Origin: Octopus vulgaris
Lineage: Eukaryota
Direction: 5' to 3'
Assembly (NCBI GenBank): GCA_951406725.2
Contig: OX597823.1
Coordinates: forward strand, 17,360,001-17,424,000
Length of the DNA stretch: 64,000 bases
In this document: positions 50,429-63,811 of the stretch, piece by piece
Numbering within the stretch: the first letter of the stretch is position 1
How the letters are laid out: each line of letters starts with the position of its first letter
Notes under the pieces: model-generated
Told to the model about the DNA's origin: nothing
The model's database searches: none
The model's input: the letters and a program-made list of their open reading frames with translations, nothing else
Translations under genes and position numbers: made by a program

Positions 50429-51619
50429 CGTGCAATTTTCAGGTTTTATCTTTTAAATTTCCCTCTAATGAAGAAACGAGGAAAAAGACGGTTTCTAGAG
50501 AAGAAATTACATTGTTTCAACAGAATTTAAACACGATTAACAGAATAGTTGTGCAAGTAATGTATGTGCATATATGTAAGGTTTGTATGTAAGGTACGTA
50601 TGTACAAGAATATGTAAGCTATGTATGTAATGTATGTATGCATGCACAAACGTATTCATAAACACACATGCGACTACATATATATGCATGTGTGCACATA
50701 CATGAATAATGGATCTTATTGCATCTGTGTATATGCTTATATATACGTACGTAATTATGTATCTATATATATATATATATGTATATATATGGTTATAGAT
50801 ACTTAAAGATATATTATACAACCAAATGCATTGTTAATAGAAAAATAGACACAAATATTCTCAAGGACGTCTTAGTCAGAAAACATCCTGTTTCAATAAA
50901 AACGACAAACCAAGCAACTCATCTTCAAGTACTGTTTGAAGCTATAAGAACACTGAATGTCTACTTATACATAACAATATCATACTAAAGACAAAAACAT
51001 AACACGAAAAAAGACAAACCAACAATGTGATAATCGACGTTAATAGACAATTTCGCACAAATTATCCAATGGGAACTATGGTTACACATTTCCATGGAAG
51101 TTACATAATATTGGGAGTTGCAGTTATTTATTTATTTATTTATTTATTTATTTTATTTCGCTTTTCTCTTTTACACTTCACTTGTTTCAATCATTTGGTA
51201 TGCAGCCATGCTGGAGCACCACCTTGAAGAGATTAGTCGAACAAATGAAACCCCTAGTGCTTCATTTTTTAGAGTCTGATACTTATACTTTCGGTCTCTT
51301 TCGTCGATGCCTCTAAGTTACAGGAAGGTAAACAAACCGACATCGGTTGTCATGCAGTGGTGTGGTACAGACACAAACACTAAGGTAGTAGACGCTCAAA
51401 AAAGGTGGCGAGTTGACAGACACGTTAGCACGCCGGGCGAAATGCTTAGCGGTATTTCGTCTGTCTTTACGTTCTGAGTTCAAATTCAAGTACTAATCCA
51501 GGGATATATATTTCCCTGGTTCTTTTTGACGAGACAGGCCAATGTGGCAAATAGATTTAATTTAATTTAATTAAATCGGTTTGCCTAGATGTATGTCGAA
51601 ACTATGCATATAAATATAT

Positions 51620-51885
51620 ATATATATATATATATAATATATATATATATGTATGTATGTATGTGTGTGGCTATATGTTTGTGTGTCTGTGTTTGTCCCC
51701 CTAACATCACTTGACAACCGATGCTGGTGTGTTTATGTCCCCGTAACCTAGCGGTTCGGCAAAAGAGAATGCTAGAATAAGTACTAGGCTTACAAAGAAT
51801 AAGTCCTGGGGGTCGATATGCTCGACTAAAGGGCGGTGCTCCAGCATGGCCACAGTCAAATGACTGAAACAAGTAAAAGAGTAAA
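51620..51885 (+). mobile_element. SINE family B 3' half
   Basis: Family B tail; a diverged minus-strand copy lies at ~51160-51380. Confidence 0.85.
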
Positions 51886-52296
51886 TATAAAAAAAAAATC
51901 AAAATCAAGTTTTAGTCGTTATTACTCCTGGCAAAAACGAAACAAAATACTGTAAAAATAATTATCGTTTATTCATATCTTTTGTTTTTAACTGTCATGT
52001 GACATCTTCAATGCAGAACACGTAACTGTTTCATAAGTTTAACACATGAATGTTGACCAGTCATTTTGTACGTTAACAGATCACAGTCTGAGCCACGGTC
52101 TTTAAAAACAAACGATGTTTATAACAACCGCCAGAAAAGACATAATTCCCGACACATAATTCTCATGTGAAACCAGTCAAGTGCATTCTTATATTTTTAA
52201 ATCTAATTAAATTCTAATTAATTCTTATATATTCTATCTGCATTTTCAACTTCATTTCTTCGATACTTACACTTGTTTGTTTCAATAACAATTTCC

Positions 52297-52332
<36 letters not shown>

Positions 52333-52606
52333 GTCTCTCTCTGTCTCTCTCTCTCTCTCTCTATGTGTGTGTGTGTGTGTTTTTGCCGGTGCTCCAGCAT
52401 GGCCACAGTCACATGTCTGAAACAAGTAAAAGAGTAAACAGTAATCAGAAAGCATTGCTCAGCGCATGCACGGAATTTCTGAGTCTTTTAAATCATTATC
52501 AACAATCTTTATAATCTAGACGGATAATTAACTTATCTCCTTGAATCTACATCTTATGGATAAATCCGTAACAGTTTATGTACTTACCAATACTTTTATA
52601 TAAATA

Positions 52607-52998
52607 CTAGCAGTATCACCCGGCGTTGCTCGGGTTTGTAAGGGAAATAACTATATAATCATTTTTAGAGAGTTATAGCCAAAACATAGCAAAACAATGC
52701 ATTAAAAATGGAAAAAAATGATGGTAATTTTTTTTAAAAATCGTTGACTCATCGTAGACATTTTTAGAGAGTTACTTCCTTATATAATAGCGAAAAATGC
52801 ATTAAAATGGAAAAAATGATGGTAAATTATTTTTAAAATCGTAAACTCATCGTAGACGCGCGCTAATACCCAGAAGGGCTCGATATGAATCACGACTATA
52901 AGACACCCGGTTTTGGTTAAACTGCACCGCAAATTGTGGGAGTAGTTAGGAATCTAAATCGTAGGAAACAGACACAACTTCACTTTTATATATAAAGA
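52607..52998 (-). mobile_element. non-autonomous Helitron
   Basis: Minus strand A|TCTTTATATATAAAAG...subterminal hairpin ACCCGAGCAACGCCGGGT...CTAG|T, no TSD. Internal ~100-bp tandem duplication. Confidence 0.88.
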
Positions 52999-53235
52999 TA
53001 TGACTAGCTTGTGTATCCTAGATGAATAAAGCTTTGAATCTGACATTACTCTATGTTATTTCAAAAATGTAGTTGCAACTGTTTCTTTTATTTAGTTTGT
53101 TGGATCACCTGTATTAGGATGCCAAACGATACATAGTCTTGTCCTATAACAGGTATTAGAATTACCCCCCCCCACACACACATACACACACACACACACA
53201 CATTCACACATACACACACTTTGTACATGTATATG

Positions 53236-53662
53236 GGATCTTTACGGTTTGAACGGCAGTTTTTAACATAATTTCTAGGTGACTAAAAAATTTTAAACTT
53301 CGTATACTGGTAGAATGTGTTTATAAAACATCTTTTTCTCTTGGCGTTATTGAGAAAATTCTATAGTTTGTAAGATATTTGTTGTTTTTTTCTTCAATGT
53401 CTGCAATTTCAACCAATCAGTGACGTCCATTGAGGTAAAAAACATTCTGTGTCGTATGAATATGTCCCTCGTTTAAGAAACAGATTGGGCTTATTTACAT
53501 TTCTGAAGAAAAAAAGATACTCCCCACCCCTAACCCTAACCCTAACTAATCCTAACCCTAAAACAGATTGAAATGCAATAGATCGATACAAAGGTCATAA
53601 TTATGGGTGACAATTTCATATGACACCGCCAGAAAAAACTGCCCTTCAAACCGAAAAGATTC
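53236..53662 (+). mobile_element. MITE family M copy 3
   Basis: TSD TGTATATG at 53228-53235 and 53663-53670. Confidence 0.92.
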
Positions 53663-53754
53663 TGTATATGTAATATTCATTGTTTATTTACTATAGTTTA
53701 GTATTTTATTTGTCTATTTATTCCTCGAAATATTAATCTCTATATTTTAGACAG

Positions 53755-54052
53755 CGGAGGCACATGGCCTAGTGGTTATAGCAGTGGACTCGCGGTCGAG
53801 GGATCGCGGGTTCGAATCTCAGACCGGCGACGTGTGTGGTTATGAGCGAAACACCTAAGCTCCACGCAGCTCCGGCAGAAGGTAATGGCGAACTTCTGCT
53901 GACTCTTTCTCCACAACTTTCGCTCACTCTTTCCTCCTGCATCTAGCAGATCCTGCGACGGACCGGCGTCCCGTCCAGGTGGGGAACCTACACGCAAAGG
54001 AAACTGGGAAACCGGCCCTTGTGAGCCATGCGTGGCTCGGGAAGGAACAAAC
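53755..54052 (+). mobile_element. SINE family C-like head with V-domain-like 3' part (tail type 3)
   Basis: TGGCCTAGTGG and GGTTCGAATC boxes; CTGCGACGGACCGGCGTCCCGTCCAGG resembles the V-SINE domain. TSD ATATTTTAGACAG. Confidence 0.8.
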
Positions 54053-54373
54053 ATATTTTAGACAGAAATTTTGGCTTTTTGTATTATTCATTATTCTATA
54101 TAATTTTCATCTTGGCTTTTTGGTGGGTCTCAACAGTGTACATAATTATTAGCAGTAGTTTAAGAAACCAATGATCAGATATCAGTTACATTGTTCGCAT
54201 CTATCTATCATATTTTTCAAAAATGTGCTGTTAGCGACTTCGAAATTTCGACCTGATGGATAATTTTGGACTGGCCGACGAAGGTTAGCTGTCCGAAATT
54301 TCTGCAAAAAGTATTGAGTAATCCTTCAGTTGAGCGAATGTAAAATTGATCTTATAATCCGACATAAAAATCA

Positions 54374-54417
<44 letters not shown>

Positions 54418-54518
54418 TAGTTGTTATTACTCCTGACAAAAATAAGACAAAATACTGTAAAAATAACCATTTATTCACATCTTTTGTTTTTAACTGTCAT
54501 GTGACATCTTCACACACA

Positions 54519-54580
<62 letters not shown>

Positions 54581-54785
54581 CTTATATGTATACCCCAGAG
54601 TAAGCACATAAATGTGAGACAAGGTGGGAAAAAATAGTACTGGAATACCGGGTTTAGAGTAATATGCAAAAACATCACAAAATATCACAAAAATCTGCTA
54701 CTCAGAGTATTTTTGATATTTTTGAAATGTTTTTGCTGCTTTAATAATTAAGTATATATATATATATATGCGTATAATTATATAA

Positions 54786-55010
54786 GTTCACTCAGCTGTA
54801 GAAATGAGTTGCGACGTCACGGGTGCCAAGCTGTATCGGCCCTTGCCTTTCCCTTGGATAACACTGGTGGCGTGGAGAGGGGAGGCCGGTATGCATGGGC
54901 GACTGCTGGTCTTCCATAAACCACCTTGCCCAGACTTGTGACTAGGAGGGTAACTTTCTAGGTGCAATCCCATGGTCAGTGTCGTGACCGAAGGGGGTGT
55001 CGGATTCCGG
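54786..55010 (+). mobile_element. short GC-rich retroposon fragment
   Basis: Flanked by duplicated (TA)n-CGTATAATTATATAA. Family not identified. Confidence 0.5.
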
Positions 55011-55054
<44 letters not shown>

Positions 55055-55634
55055 GTATAATTATATAAATTGCAATTATATAATAATTATAAATCCGAAG
55101 ATTTCTAAAGAATAGTCATTTATTCCCTTTCGCCTCAGTCGTCCTTTCAGATAATCTTAACTGATGAGTGAACCACGATAAGCCTATACTCTACATCCGC
55201 GATTTTGAATCATGTGGGTTTAGGATTTCAATTAACTTAGTATTTTGGAATTCATTTAATTCTAACTTTGACTGAATTCGTAAACGCCTAAAGAAATATC
55301 AATCTGCGGACGTAACACAGTACGCCTCATTACCGTTGCACTTTTCAATTAATTTGATATAGATTGCAGTTAATGAGCTTTAGATTACTATTAACTGGTA
55401 TCACTGAAATAATATTATAAGTCCGTTTAAATTAGACTTAGCGAACTCTTCAAGGCATATTAATCCCTAGACTTTAAGTACTTAACAGATGTAAACTTAA
55501 TATACTTTTTATATGCAAACTAGAAAGTACTATTTAAGTTAATGACATCAACAAAATCTTAAAAGTGCTTTCAAACTGATTCACTTGCATGTTGTTCATA
55601 CACCTGTCTTCGTCTTCTGTTTCTTTATAAATTT

Positions 55635-55699
<65 letters not shown>

Positions 55700-55701
<2 letters not shown>

Positions 55702-56108
55702 TCTCTTTTACTCTCTTTTACTTGTTTCAGTCATTTGACTGCGGCCATGCTGGAGCACCGCCTTTAGTCGAGCAAATCAACCCCGGGACTTATTCTTTGT
55801 AGGCCCAGTACTTATTCTATCGGTCTGTTTTGCCGAACCGCTAAGTGACGGGGACGTAAACACACCAGCATCGGTTGTCAAGCAATGCTAGGGGGACAAA
55901 CACAGACACACAAACATATACACACACATATATATATATATACATATATACGACAGGCTTTTTCAGTTTCCGTCTACCAAATCTACTCACAAGGCATTGG
56001 TCGGCCCGGGGCTATAGCAAAAGACACTTGCCCAAGATGCCACGCAGTGGGACTGAACCCGGAACCATGTGGTTGGTTAGCAAGCTACTTACCACACCCA
56101 CTCCTGCG

Positions 56109-56168
<60 letters not shown>

Positions 56169-56472
56169 AAATTTAGAGGAATGACCACTAATAGTGGACA
56201 GCCTGTATGCTAGATATAGACATCAAACTCGCCATTTACCACGAAGAATGTGTTCTCAAGAAAAAGTTCAGCAAAAACCAAAGTTTAAAAATAAGACAAA
56301 TGAAAATATACAAAAATAAAAAAAAAACCGATTACCTACGTACTAATTAGTTTCACTTGTTAATATTTACGTATATGGATACGTAAACATCTTCGGATTT
56401 TTTAATCTTCGGTTCTTTTAAAAATATGATAGGGCACTGGTTTTAATTGATTAATATCAATTTCTACCCTTA

Positions 56473-56506
<34 letters not shown>

Positions 56507-57183
56507 ATGTAATATATGTATACATATATATGTGTATACATATATATGTATATACATATATACATATATATATCTATCTCTGTGTGCGTGTGTAAACGCT
56601 CTCCTCAACATCACTGAGGCTTTCCCCAACAAGTCATTACCTGTCTATCTAGAGGAAATATCATAATCGACCTATTCTTTACCACCAATACAGACTTCAT
56701 TTACAATGTCCAGGACATTCTAACAGCTGTTTCTGATCAGGATTTTATAAAATTATCTTTCTTTTATTTTTCTTTTCTTTTTTTTTTTTTTTACTTGTTT
56801 CAGTCATTTGACTGCGGCCATGCTGGAGCACCACCTTTAGTCGAGCAAATCGACCCCGGGACTTATTCTTTGTAAGCCCAGTACTTATTCTATCGGTCTC
56901 TTTTTGCCGAACCGCTAAGTGACGGGGACGTAAACATACCAGCATCGGTTGTCAAGCAATGCTAGGAGGACAAACACACACACACAAACACACACACATA
57001 CATATATATATATATACATATATACGACAGGCTTCTTTCAGTTTCCATCTACCAAATCCACTCACAAGTCTTTGGTCGGCCCGAGGCAATAGCAGAAGAC
57101 ACTTGCCCAAGGTGCCACGCAGTGGGACTGAACCCAGAACTATGTGGTTGGTTAGCAAGCTACTTACCACACAGCCACTCCTG
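55700..57183 (-). mobile_element. two SINE family B copies (55700-56112, 56790-57183)
   Basis: Full-length reverse complements. Confidence 0.9.
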
Positions 57184-57306
57184 TATATAGGAACAACAAA
57201 CATAAATGACATCAAACATAACTCACTCCTCATGAACTTGAATTTCAGGAAAGCCAAGTGGAAGGAGATCGAAGCTGAAATCCTCGAAACCAACTGGTCT
57301 CAGCAT

Positions 57307-57883
57307 ATTATCTTTTGGGGAGGGGGCCAGCCGAAGAGATTGACCCCAGTACGCAACTGGTACTTTATTTATGGACCCCGAAGTGAAGTCGACCTCAGCG
57401 GAATTTGAATTCAGGACGTAAAGACAGACGTAATACCGCTAAGTATTTCGCCCGGCGTGTTAACGTTTCTTATTTATTTATTGCCCACAAGGGGCTAAAC
57501 ATGGGACAAACAAGGACAGACAAAGGGATTAAGTCGATTACATCGACCCCAGTGCGTAACTGGTACTTAATTTATCGACCCTCGAAAGTATGAAATTCAA
57601 AGTCGACCTCGGCGGAATTTGAACTCAGAACGCAAAGACAGACGAAATACCTATTTCTTTGCTGCCCACAAGGGGCTAAATACAGAGGGGACAAACAAGG
57701 ATGGACAAACGTATTAAGTCGATTATATCGACCCCAGTGCGTAACTGGTACTTATTTAATCGATCTCGAAAGGATGAAAGGCAAAGTCGACCTCGGCGGA
57801 ATTTGAACTCAGAACGTAACGGCAGACGAAATACCCCTAAGCATTTCGCCCGGCGTGCTAACGTTTCTGCCAGTTCGCCGCCA
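57307..57883 (-). mobile_element. SINE family A trimer with a single TSD
   Basis: Three cores. 18-bp TSD AACTGGTCTCAGCATATT flanks the whole trimer. Confidence 0.9.
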
Positions 57884-58251
57884 TAACTGGTCTCAGCATA
57901 TTGGCAACCTGAATTTTAATGAGGGAATGGAGTTACTGTACGAAGAGTTAATCGTGATCTTGCAAAAGCACGCTCTGTAAAAACACGCCTATTCCCGCAA
58001 GAGCTTGATTCCACTAGAGTGACGGATACTAATGAGTAACAGAACCAAACTAACAAAACTAAAAAAAAAAAAAGAAACTCTCTCAACAGATAAAATTGCG
58101 AAAGAGAAAAAAAAAAAAAGAAAGAAAAATTAAATTATAGAACATTGAACTACACTTATGAAAAAGAAATTTCACTAGAAGAACGCTGAGCAGTGGAAAA
58201 TACAAAGAATAATTCTAAGGTCTTTTTTCATTTCTGCTAACCAAATTCATC

Positions 58252-58685
58252 GGATCTTTTCGGTTTGAACGGCAGTTTTTGCTAGCGGTGTCATATGAAA
58301 TTGTCACCCATAATTATGATCCTTGAATCGATCTATTGCATTTCAATCTGTTTTCGGGTTAGTTAGGGTTAGGGTTAGGGTTAGGAGTGGGGGAAGGGTA
58401 TCTTTTTTTCTTCAAAAATGTAAATAAACCCAATCTGTTTCTTAAACGAGTGACATATTCATACGGCACAGAATGTTTTTTAACTCAATAGACGTCACTG
58501 ATTGGTTGAAATTGCAGAAATTGAAGAAAAAAACAACAACAAATATCTTACAAACTATAGAATTTTCTTAATAAAGCCAAGAGAAAAAGATGTTTAATAA
58601 ACACAGTCTACCAGTATGCGAAGTTAAATTTTTTTTAGTTACCTAGAAATTATGTTAAAAACTGCCGTTCAAACCGAAAAGATCC
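58252..58685 (-). mobile_element. MITE family M copy 4
   Basis: Reverse orientation with (TTAGGG)-like repeats. TSD AATTCATC/AAATCATC. Confidence 0.9.
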
Positions 58686-58771
58686 AAATCATCAACGCAC
58701 AAGCAGATTACTCCTCTAATCGACCAAAATGGATCATGTACTAATGATTAATCACAAATATTCTTGAGTTA

Positions 58772-59177
58772 TAGGCGCAGGAGTGGCTGTGTGGTAAGTA
58801 GCTTGCTAACCAACCACATGGTTCCGGGTTCAGTCCCACTGCGTGGCATCTTGGGCAAGTGTCTTCTGCTATAGCCCCGGGCCGACCAATGCCTTGTGAG
58901 TGAATTTGGTAGACGGAAACTGAAAGAAGCCTGTCGTATATATGTATATATATATGTGTGTGTGTGTTTGTGTGTCTGTGTTTGTCCCCCTAGCATTGCT
59001 TGACAACCGATGCTGGTGTGTTTACGTCCCCGTCACTTAGCGGTTCGGCAAAAGAGACCGATAGGATAAGTACTGGGCTTACAAAAAGAATAAGTTCCGG
59101 GGTCGATTTGCTCGATCAAAGGCGGTGCTCCAGCATGGCCGCAGTCAAATGACTGAAACAAGCAAAAGAGTAAAGAG
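58772..59177 (+). mobile_element. SINE family B flanked by a 200-bp direct repeat
   Basis: Full-length element; 58572-58771 is repeated at 59178-59377. Confidence 0.92.
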
Positions 59178-59984
59178 TAAAGCCAAGAGAAAAAGATGTT
59201 TTATAAACACATTCTACCAGTATACGAAGTTTAAAATTTTTTAGTTACCTAGAAATTATGTTAAAAACTGCCGTTCAAACAGAAAAGATCCAAATTATCA
59301 ACACACAAGCAGATTACTCCTCTAATGGACCAAAATGGATCATGTACAAATGATTCACCACAAATATTCTTGAGTTACAACATACGTTGTAACGAAATGG
59401 CACCCTCGCACGTGTTGTCAGTGGACTGGACGTGTCTTACAAACAGATGAGCTAGTAGACAGCCGAGATCGAACTGTAAGAACTTCAGCTTCCTTATTGA
59501 TTCTGAGTGGGATCATTGGACTGTTATTGTGCGAACGGTTATAATAAAGCAACCAACTAACATTGCTATATCGCTTATTGTTATACAGTCATATTTGGTA
59601 CTGTTATATATTGCTACACACACGCATACATCTTATATCGTAACTGACGATATAACAATATAACAGTGCATTTTCTCAACCCATAATCAGCAAAACAGTA
59701 CATATAGGCGTAGGAGCGGCTGAGTGGTAAGTAGTTGCTTACCAACCACATGGTTCCGGGTTCAGTCTATCTGCGTGGCACCTTGGGCAAGTGTCTTCTA
59801 CTATAGCCTCGGGTCTACTAGCAAAGGTAGAGCGAGCCGAGACAAAAAAAAAGAAGAAAAAAAAAAACAGCCAAGAGAGACAGACCGAGGAAGGTGGAGA
59901 GGGTAACGAACAGAGAAATAGCTGCACTATACAGTAAAAACGAAGATTTAATGCGGGAAATAAAAACCAAAAAATCAGCAACGA

Positions 59985-60115
59985 ACTCGAGAAAATGTGT
60001 GAGGTCTTTCGGGAGTACGTCGCCCAGCTGTTCGGGGGTGACGGCGGACCTTGTGGTGGGAGAGCCCTCGAGGACTTTCTTGCCGGACTGCCGTGCCTCT
60101 CAGGGTCGCATGCAA
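59985..60115 (+). mobile_element. Tx1/L1-like ORF2 fragment
   Basis: LEKMCEVFREYVAQLFGGDGG...LEDFLAGLPCLS resembles the pre-RT linker (F..YY..LF...FL..LP.LS) of Tx1/L1 elements. Confidence 0.65.
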
Positions 60116-60124
60116 AGAAAGTAA

Positions 60125-60525
60125 GGCTGCGAGCTGGCAGAAACGTTAGTATGCCGGGCGAAATGCTTTGCGGTATTTCTTCTGCCATTACGTTCTGAGT
60201 TCAAATTCCGCCAAGGTCGACTTTGCCTTTCATCCTTTCGGGGTCGATTAAATAAGTACCAGTTACGCACTGGGGTCGATATAATCGACTTAATCCGTGT
60301 GTCTGTCCTTGTTTGTCCTGTCTGTGTTCAGCCCCATGTGGGTAGTAAAGAAATAGGTATTTCGTCTGCCGTTACGTTCTAAGTTGAAATTCCGCCAAGG
60401 TCGACTTTGCCTTTCATCCTTTCGGAACCGATAAATTAAGCACCAGTTGCGTACTGGGTTCGATCTAATCGACTGTGCCCCTCCCCCAAAATTTCGTGCC
60501 TTGAGTCTAATGTAGAAAAGAATAT
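60125..60525 (+). mobile_element. SINE family A dimer
   Basis: Two cores, alternative terminal tail. Confidence 0.9.
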
Positions 60526-60694
60526 TAGCAAAGAAAGTGAACAGGCAGAGGAACTGAAATGAGAACGAACCTGAAAACACAGCGTTGCAAAGCTAACTAC
60601 TTAACCACTGTTATTCCTATATTTTGAAAAGAAAATAAATATTTATGTCAGGGAATAAAGGAATAACGCTCATGACGTTTTATAGAGCCTCCAG

Positions 60695-60756
<62 letters not shown>

Positions 60757-60793
60757 GTCTTTCTTTCTTTTTTCTTCCTTTCTTCTTTTCTTC

Positions 60794-60824
<31 letters not shown>

Positions 60825-60840
60825 TCCTTCCTTCCTTCCT

Positions 60841-60896
<56 letters not shown>

Positions 60897-60950
60897 TCCT
60901 TTCTTTCTTCCTTCCTTCCTTCCTTCCTTCCTTCCTTCCTTTCTTTCTTA

Positions 60951-61039
<89 letters not shown>

Positions 61040-61180
61040 TTCCTTCCTTCCTTCCTCTTTCTTCCTTCCTTCCTTTCTTTCTTACTTTCTTTCTTTCTTA
61101 CTTTCTTCCTTTCTTTCTTTCTTTCTTTCTTTCCTTCTTTCTATCTCTCTCTCTTTCTCTCTTTCTCTCTTTCTCTCCCC
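60695..61180 (+). repeat. (CTTT)n/(CCTT)n polypyrimidine tract
   Basis: Direct reading. Confidence 0.97.
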
Positions 61181-61789
61181 ACCCTCTCTCTGTCTCACTA
61201 CATTTGATTCTTTCTTTTACCCTTAATTCTTTCCTCTTTCCCCTTTCTGTCTATGTTTCTTTCTCTCTTTCATTAATTTAATTTAATTAAATTCTTTTTT
61301 TTTGTTAGTAATAACCACAGACACATATTTATAGGACAAGGTTATAGCCTACAGAAGAAACATCGTTACTCCATTATATTATCATAATTACAACGACGAA
61401 TACTTACCGTATGACTCAGCAGAGAGGATAAGAGAAAGCAATTTCACCTATACAGATTTAAGACAAAATGCTGTAAGGTATTTTAAGTCTGGCGCTGAAA
61501 AGGCCTTTGTTAATTCGTTGCCCTCCTTTTTTAAACGGTGATGACAATTAATAGTATTGTTACAAGGCCATATATTCTAAGGAGACGGTATAGATGGTTC
61601 AGTATGTTTAAAACGTTAAGAAGTTCGGTTCGCATTCAGGAGATCTCAGGCTCGATCCTACTGCGTATCTTTGGCAAGTTTCTTTTTACGATAATCGAGG
61701 GTTGGCCCAAGCCTTACGAGTGTAATTAGACAGTAGGTAGGTGAAGCTGTGTGGAAGTTCGTCAGTTGGATCGTACCAGTAATTTAATG

Positions 61790-61990
61790 ACACAACTTTC
61801 GAATTAGGATGTTATAAACTTGGTGGTACCCCATTCACGTGGTTTTGTGGTTAGAGTGTTGCAGACGTGGTCGCATGACTGTGTTTCGATCACAGCTTTC
61901 GAATTAGGATGTCATAAACTTGATGGTATCCCATTCACATGGTTTTGTGGTCAGTATGATGCAGACGCGGTCGCAAGACTGTGTTTCGAT
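61790..61990 (+). repeat. 100-bp tandem duplication including an old SINE head
   Basis: CTTTCGAATTAGGATGT...GACTGTGTTTCGATC twice. Confidence 0.85.
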
Positions 61991-62349
61991 CCCCAGACTG
62001 TGTGACGCGTTGTGTTCTTGAGCAAAACATCTCATTTCTCGTTGCTGTACTATTATTTCAACACTAGACATATGGCACATGTGCAGCTGTAAACAGAATG
62101 AGCTTATGTGCAGTTTATAAGTTCACTCCCTTGCTCTCCATAAAGAAAATTTGATGTCTATAAAACAAAACTATTTACGAAAGTTGTTCATCAAAAAATT
62201 GGGGAACCCTCATCTGTCGTCCACGGCAGGAGAGTCCACTCCACGCTACGCTTTTGATGTAATATTTTTTGCCCTCTATGGTTTGGGTATTACATGTCAA
62301 GTACCAATTTGCTACCTTCTTGGTGAACTCGTCCATTTTCATATTACTG

Positions 62350-63480
62350 TTCCGATAGGTTGAAATTACAAATATCCTTGGGGAGAGATCTGCATCAACT
62401 CCTATTTCATGCTTCACCTAAAGTTCATTAGCCACCCTAGTAGTGATGGTTTCGCGCTCGCAAACTAGTGCAAGCTAGTTACTGGCTTCTTCCATCCACT
62501 GATATCGCTTCAGTGTCACAATACGTGTTTTATATAGCATAATACAGACTACAGGTACCATACTTTAAGGCAGCAAGCTGGCAGAAACGTTAGCATGCTG
62601 GGCGAAATGCTTAGCGGTATTTCGTCTTAATCCGTTTGTCTGTCCTTGTTTGTCCCCTCTATGTTTAGCCCCTTGTGGGTAATAAAGAAATAGGTATTTC
62701 GTTTGCCGCTACGTTCTGAGTTCAAATTCCGTCGAGGTCGACTTTGCTTTTCATCGGGGTCGATTAAATAAGTACCAGTTACGCACTGGGGTCGATATAA
62801 TCGACTTAATCCGTGTGTCTGTCCTCTTTGTGTTTAGCCCCTTGGGGGTAGTAAATAAATAGGTACCATACTTGCGTGGGAAGTGTAGCCTGTCTACATC
62901 TCCATTGATGTTGAAGTCTCCAGTTACACAGAGCAGCTTTCAAGTTCATATGTCTATCTTGCTTGAGCTCTTGCTGTGACCAGTTTAGAAGGCCAAATGT
63001 AGCTCTGAAGACTGGCACTACAAATGCGTTGCGGACGATATACTAGTTGTAAGCTGAGAGTTCGGAAGGCTGTATGTTTAACTCCCTTGAGGTATTCATT
63101 TCTTGTCCAATGCGTTTATAGTTATCACAAGAGAGTAAAGGTTATATTTTTAGACATTTCACGTTTAGTGTCTTGCAAGAGAAGGAGACAAGTCACCCAG
63201 GCTTTTATCATTGGGATTCACAACATTTCATTCCGAAAGAATTGTATTTTGAGATCCAGTTGCTTTCCGATGTGGTTAATACTTGGTCTAAACAGCTTCA
63301 AGTTATCAACAGAGAAAATCTGAGAAATGTTACTGGATCAGTTCCTAAAACTGCTGTTTCGTGATCAGATATGATGGGAGGAGGATGTTAAGGAAAGAAC
63401 AACGAGCTGTACTGACAAACTGTTGCCTTGACAGACGCCTTTTTGACAGTGTGGGGTGTCAGATTTGATATGCCCATTGT
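62350..63480 (-). mobile_element. R4/Dong-clade RT relic, split by SINE A (62568-62862)
   Basis: Minus strand KGVCQGNSLSVQLVVLSL, ISQIFSVDNLKLF (cf. GIFQGDSLSP, HLLFMDDLKLY), NAFVVPVFRATFGLLNWSQQELKQ, GDVDRLHFPRKYG. SINE TSD AGGTACCATACTT. Confidence 0.85.
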
Positions 63481-63503
63481 CACATTTAAGAAGTAGAGAA
63501 ATG

Positions 63504-63571
<68 letters not shown>

Positions 63572-63599
63572 TGGATGCACACGCATGCATGTTTGTGTG

Positions 63600-63634
<35 letters not shown>

Positions 63635-63811
63635 GCATGTATGAAAACGTGTATGTATATCCGATATATTTTTCAAGTGTCTGAAACAAACCTACACTGC
63701 AATTTACATAAATATATGCTTTTTTCTTATTTTTCTATGAAATGTCTGTAAGCTTCGAAGTATGTGTGCTGCTGTGTGTTTGGGCGCAATTATGTGCATT
63801 TGTGTATATTC

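Larger units (their letters stand above)
57190..58771 (+). mobile_element. CR1/Jockey-group LINE ORF2 relic (EN-RT linker), interrupted by a SINE A trimer and MITE M
   Basis: LNFRKAKWKEIEAEILETNWSQHI|GNLNFNEGMELLYEELIVILQKHA...EER*AVENTKNNSKVFFHF. The frame continues across the insertion. Confidence 0.7.

Noticed and set aside
55161-55186. Hammerhead CTGATGA-GTG-aac-CAC-GATA-AGCC-TA
   Set aside because: GAAA is mutated, stem III is not paired and there is no stem I; at best a decayed relic.
56335-56400. Minus-strand CCGAAGA...GAAACTAATTAGTA
   Set aside because: The palindromic stem III is suggestive, but the core has U4C, stem II is offset by ~10 nt and stem I is absent.
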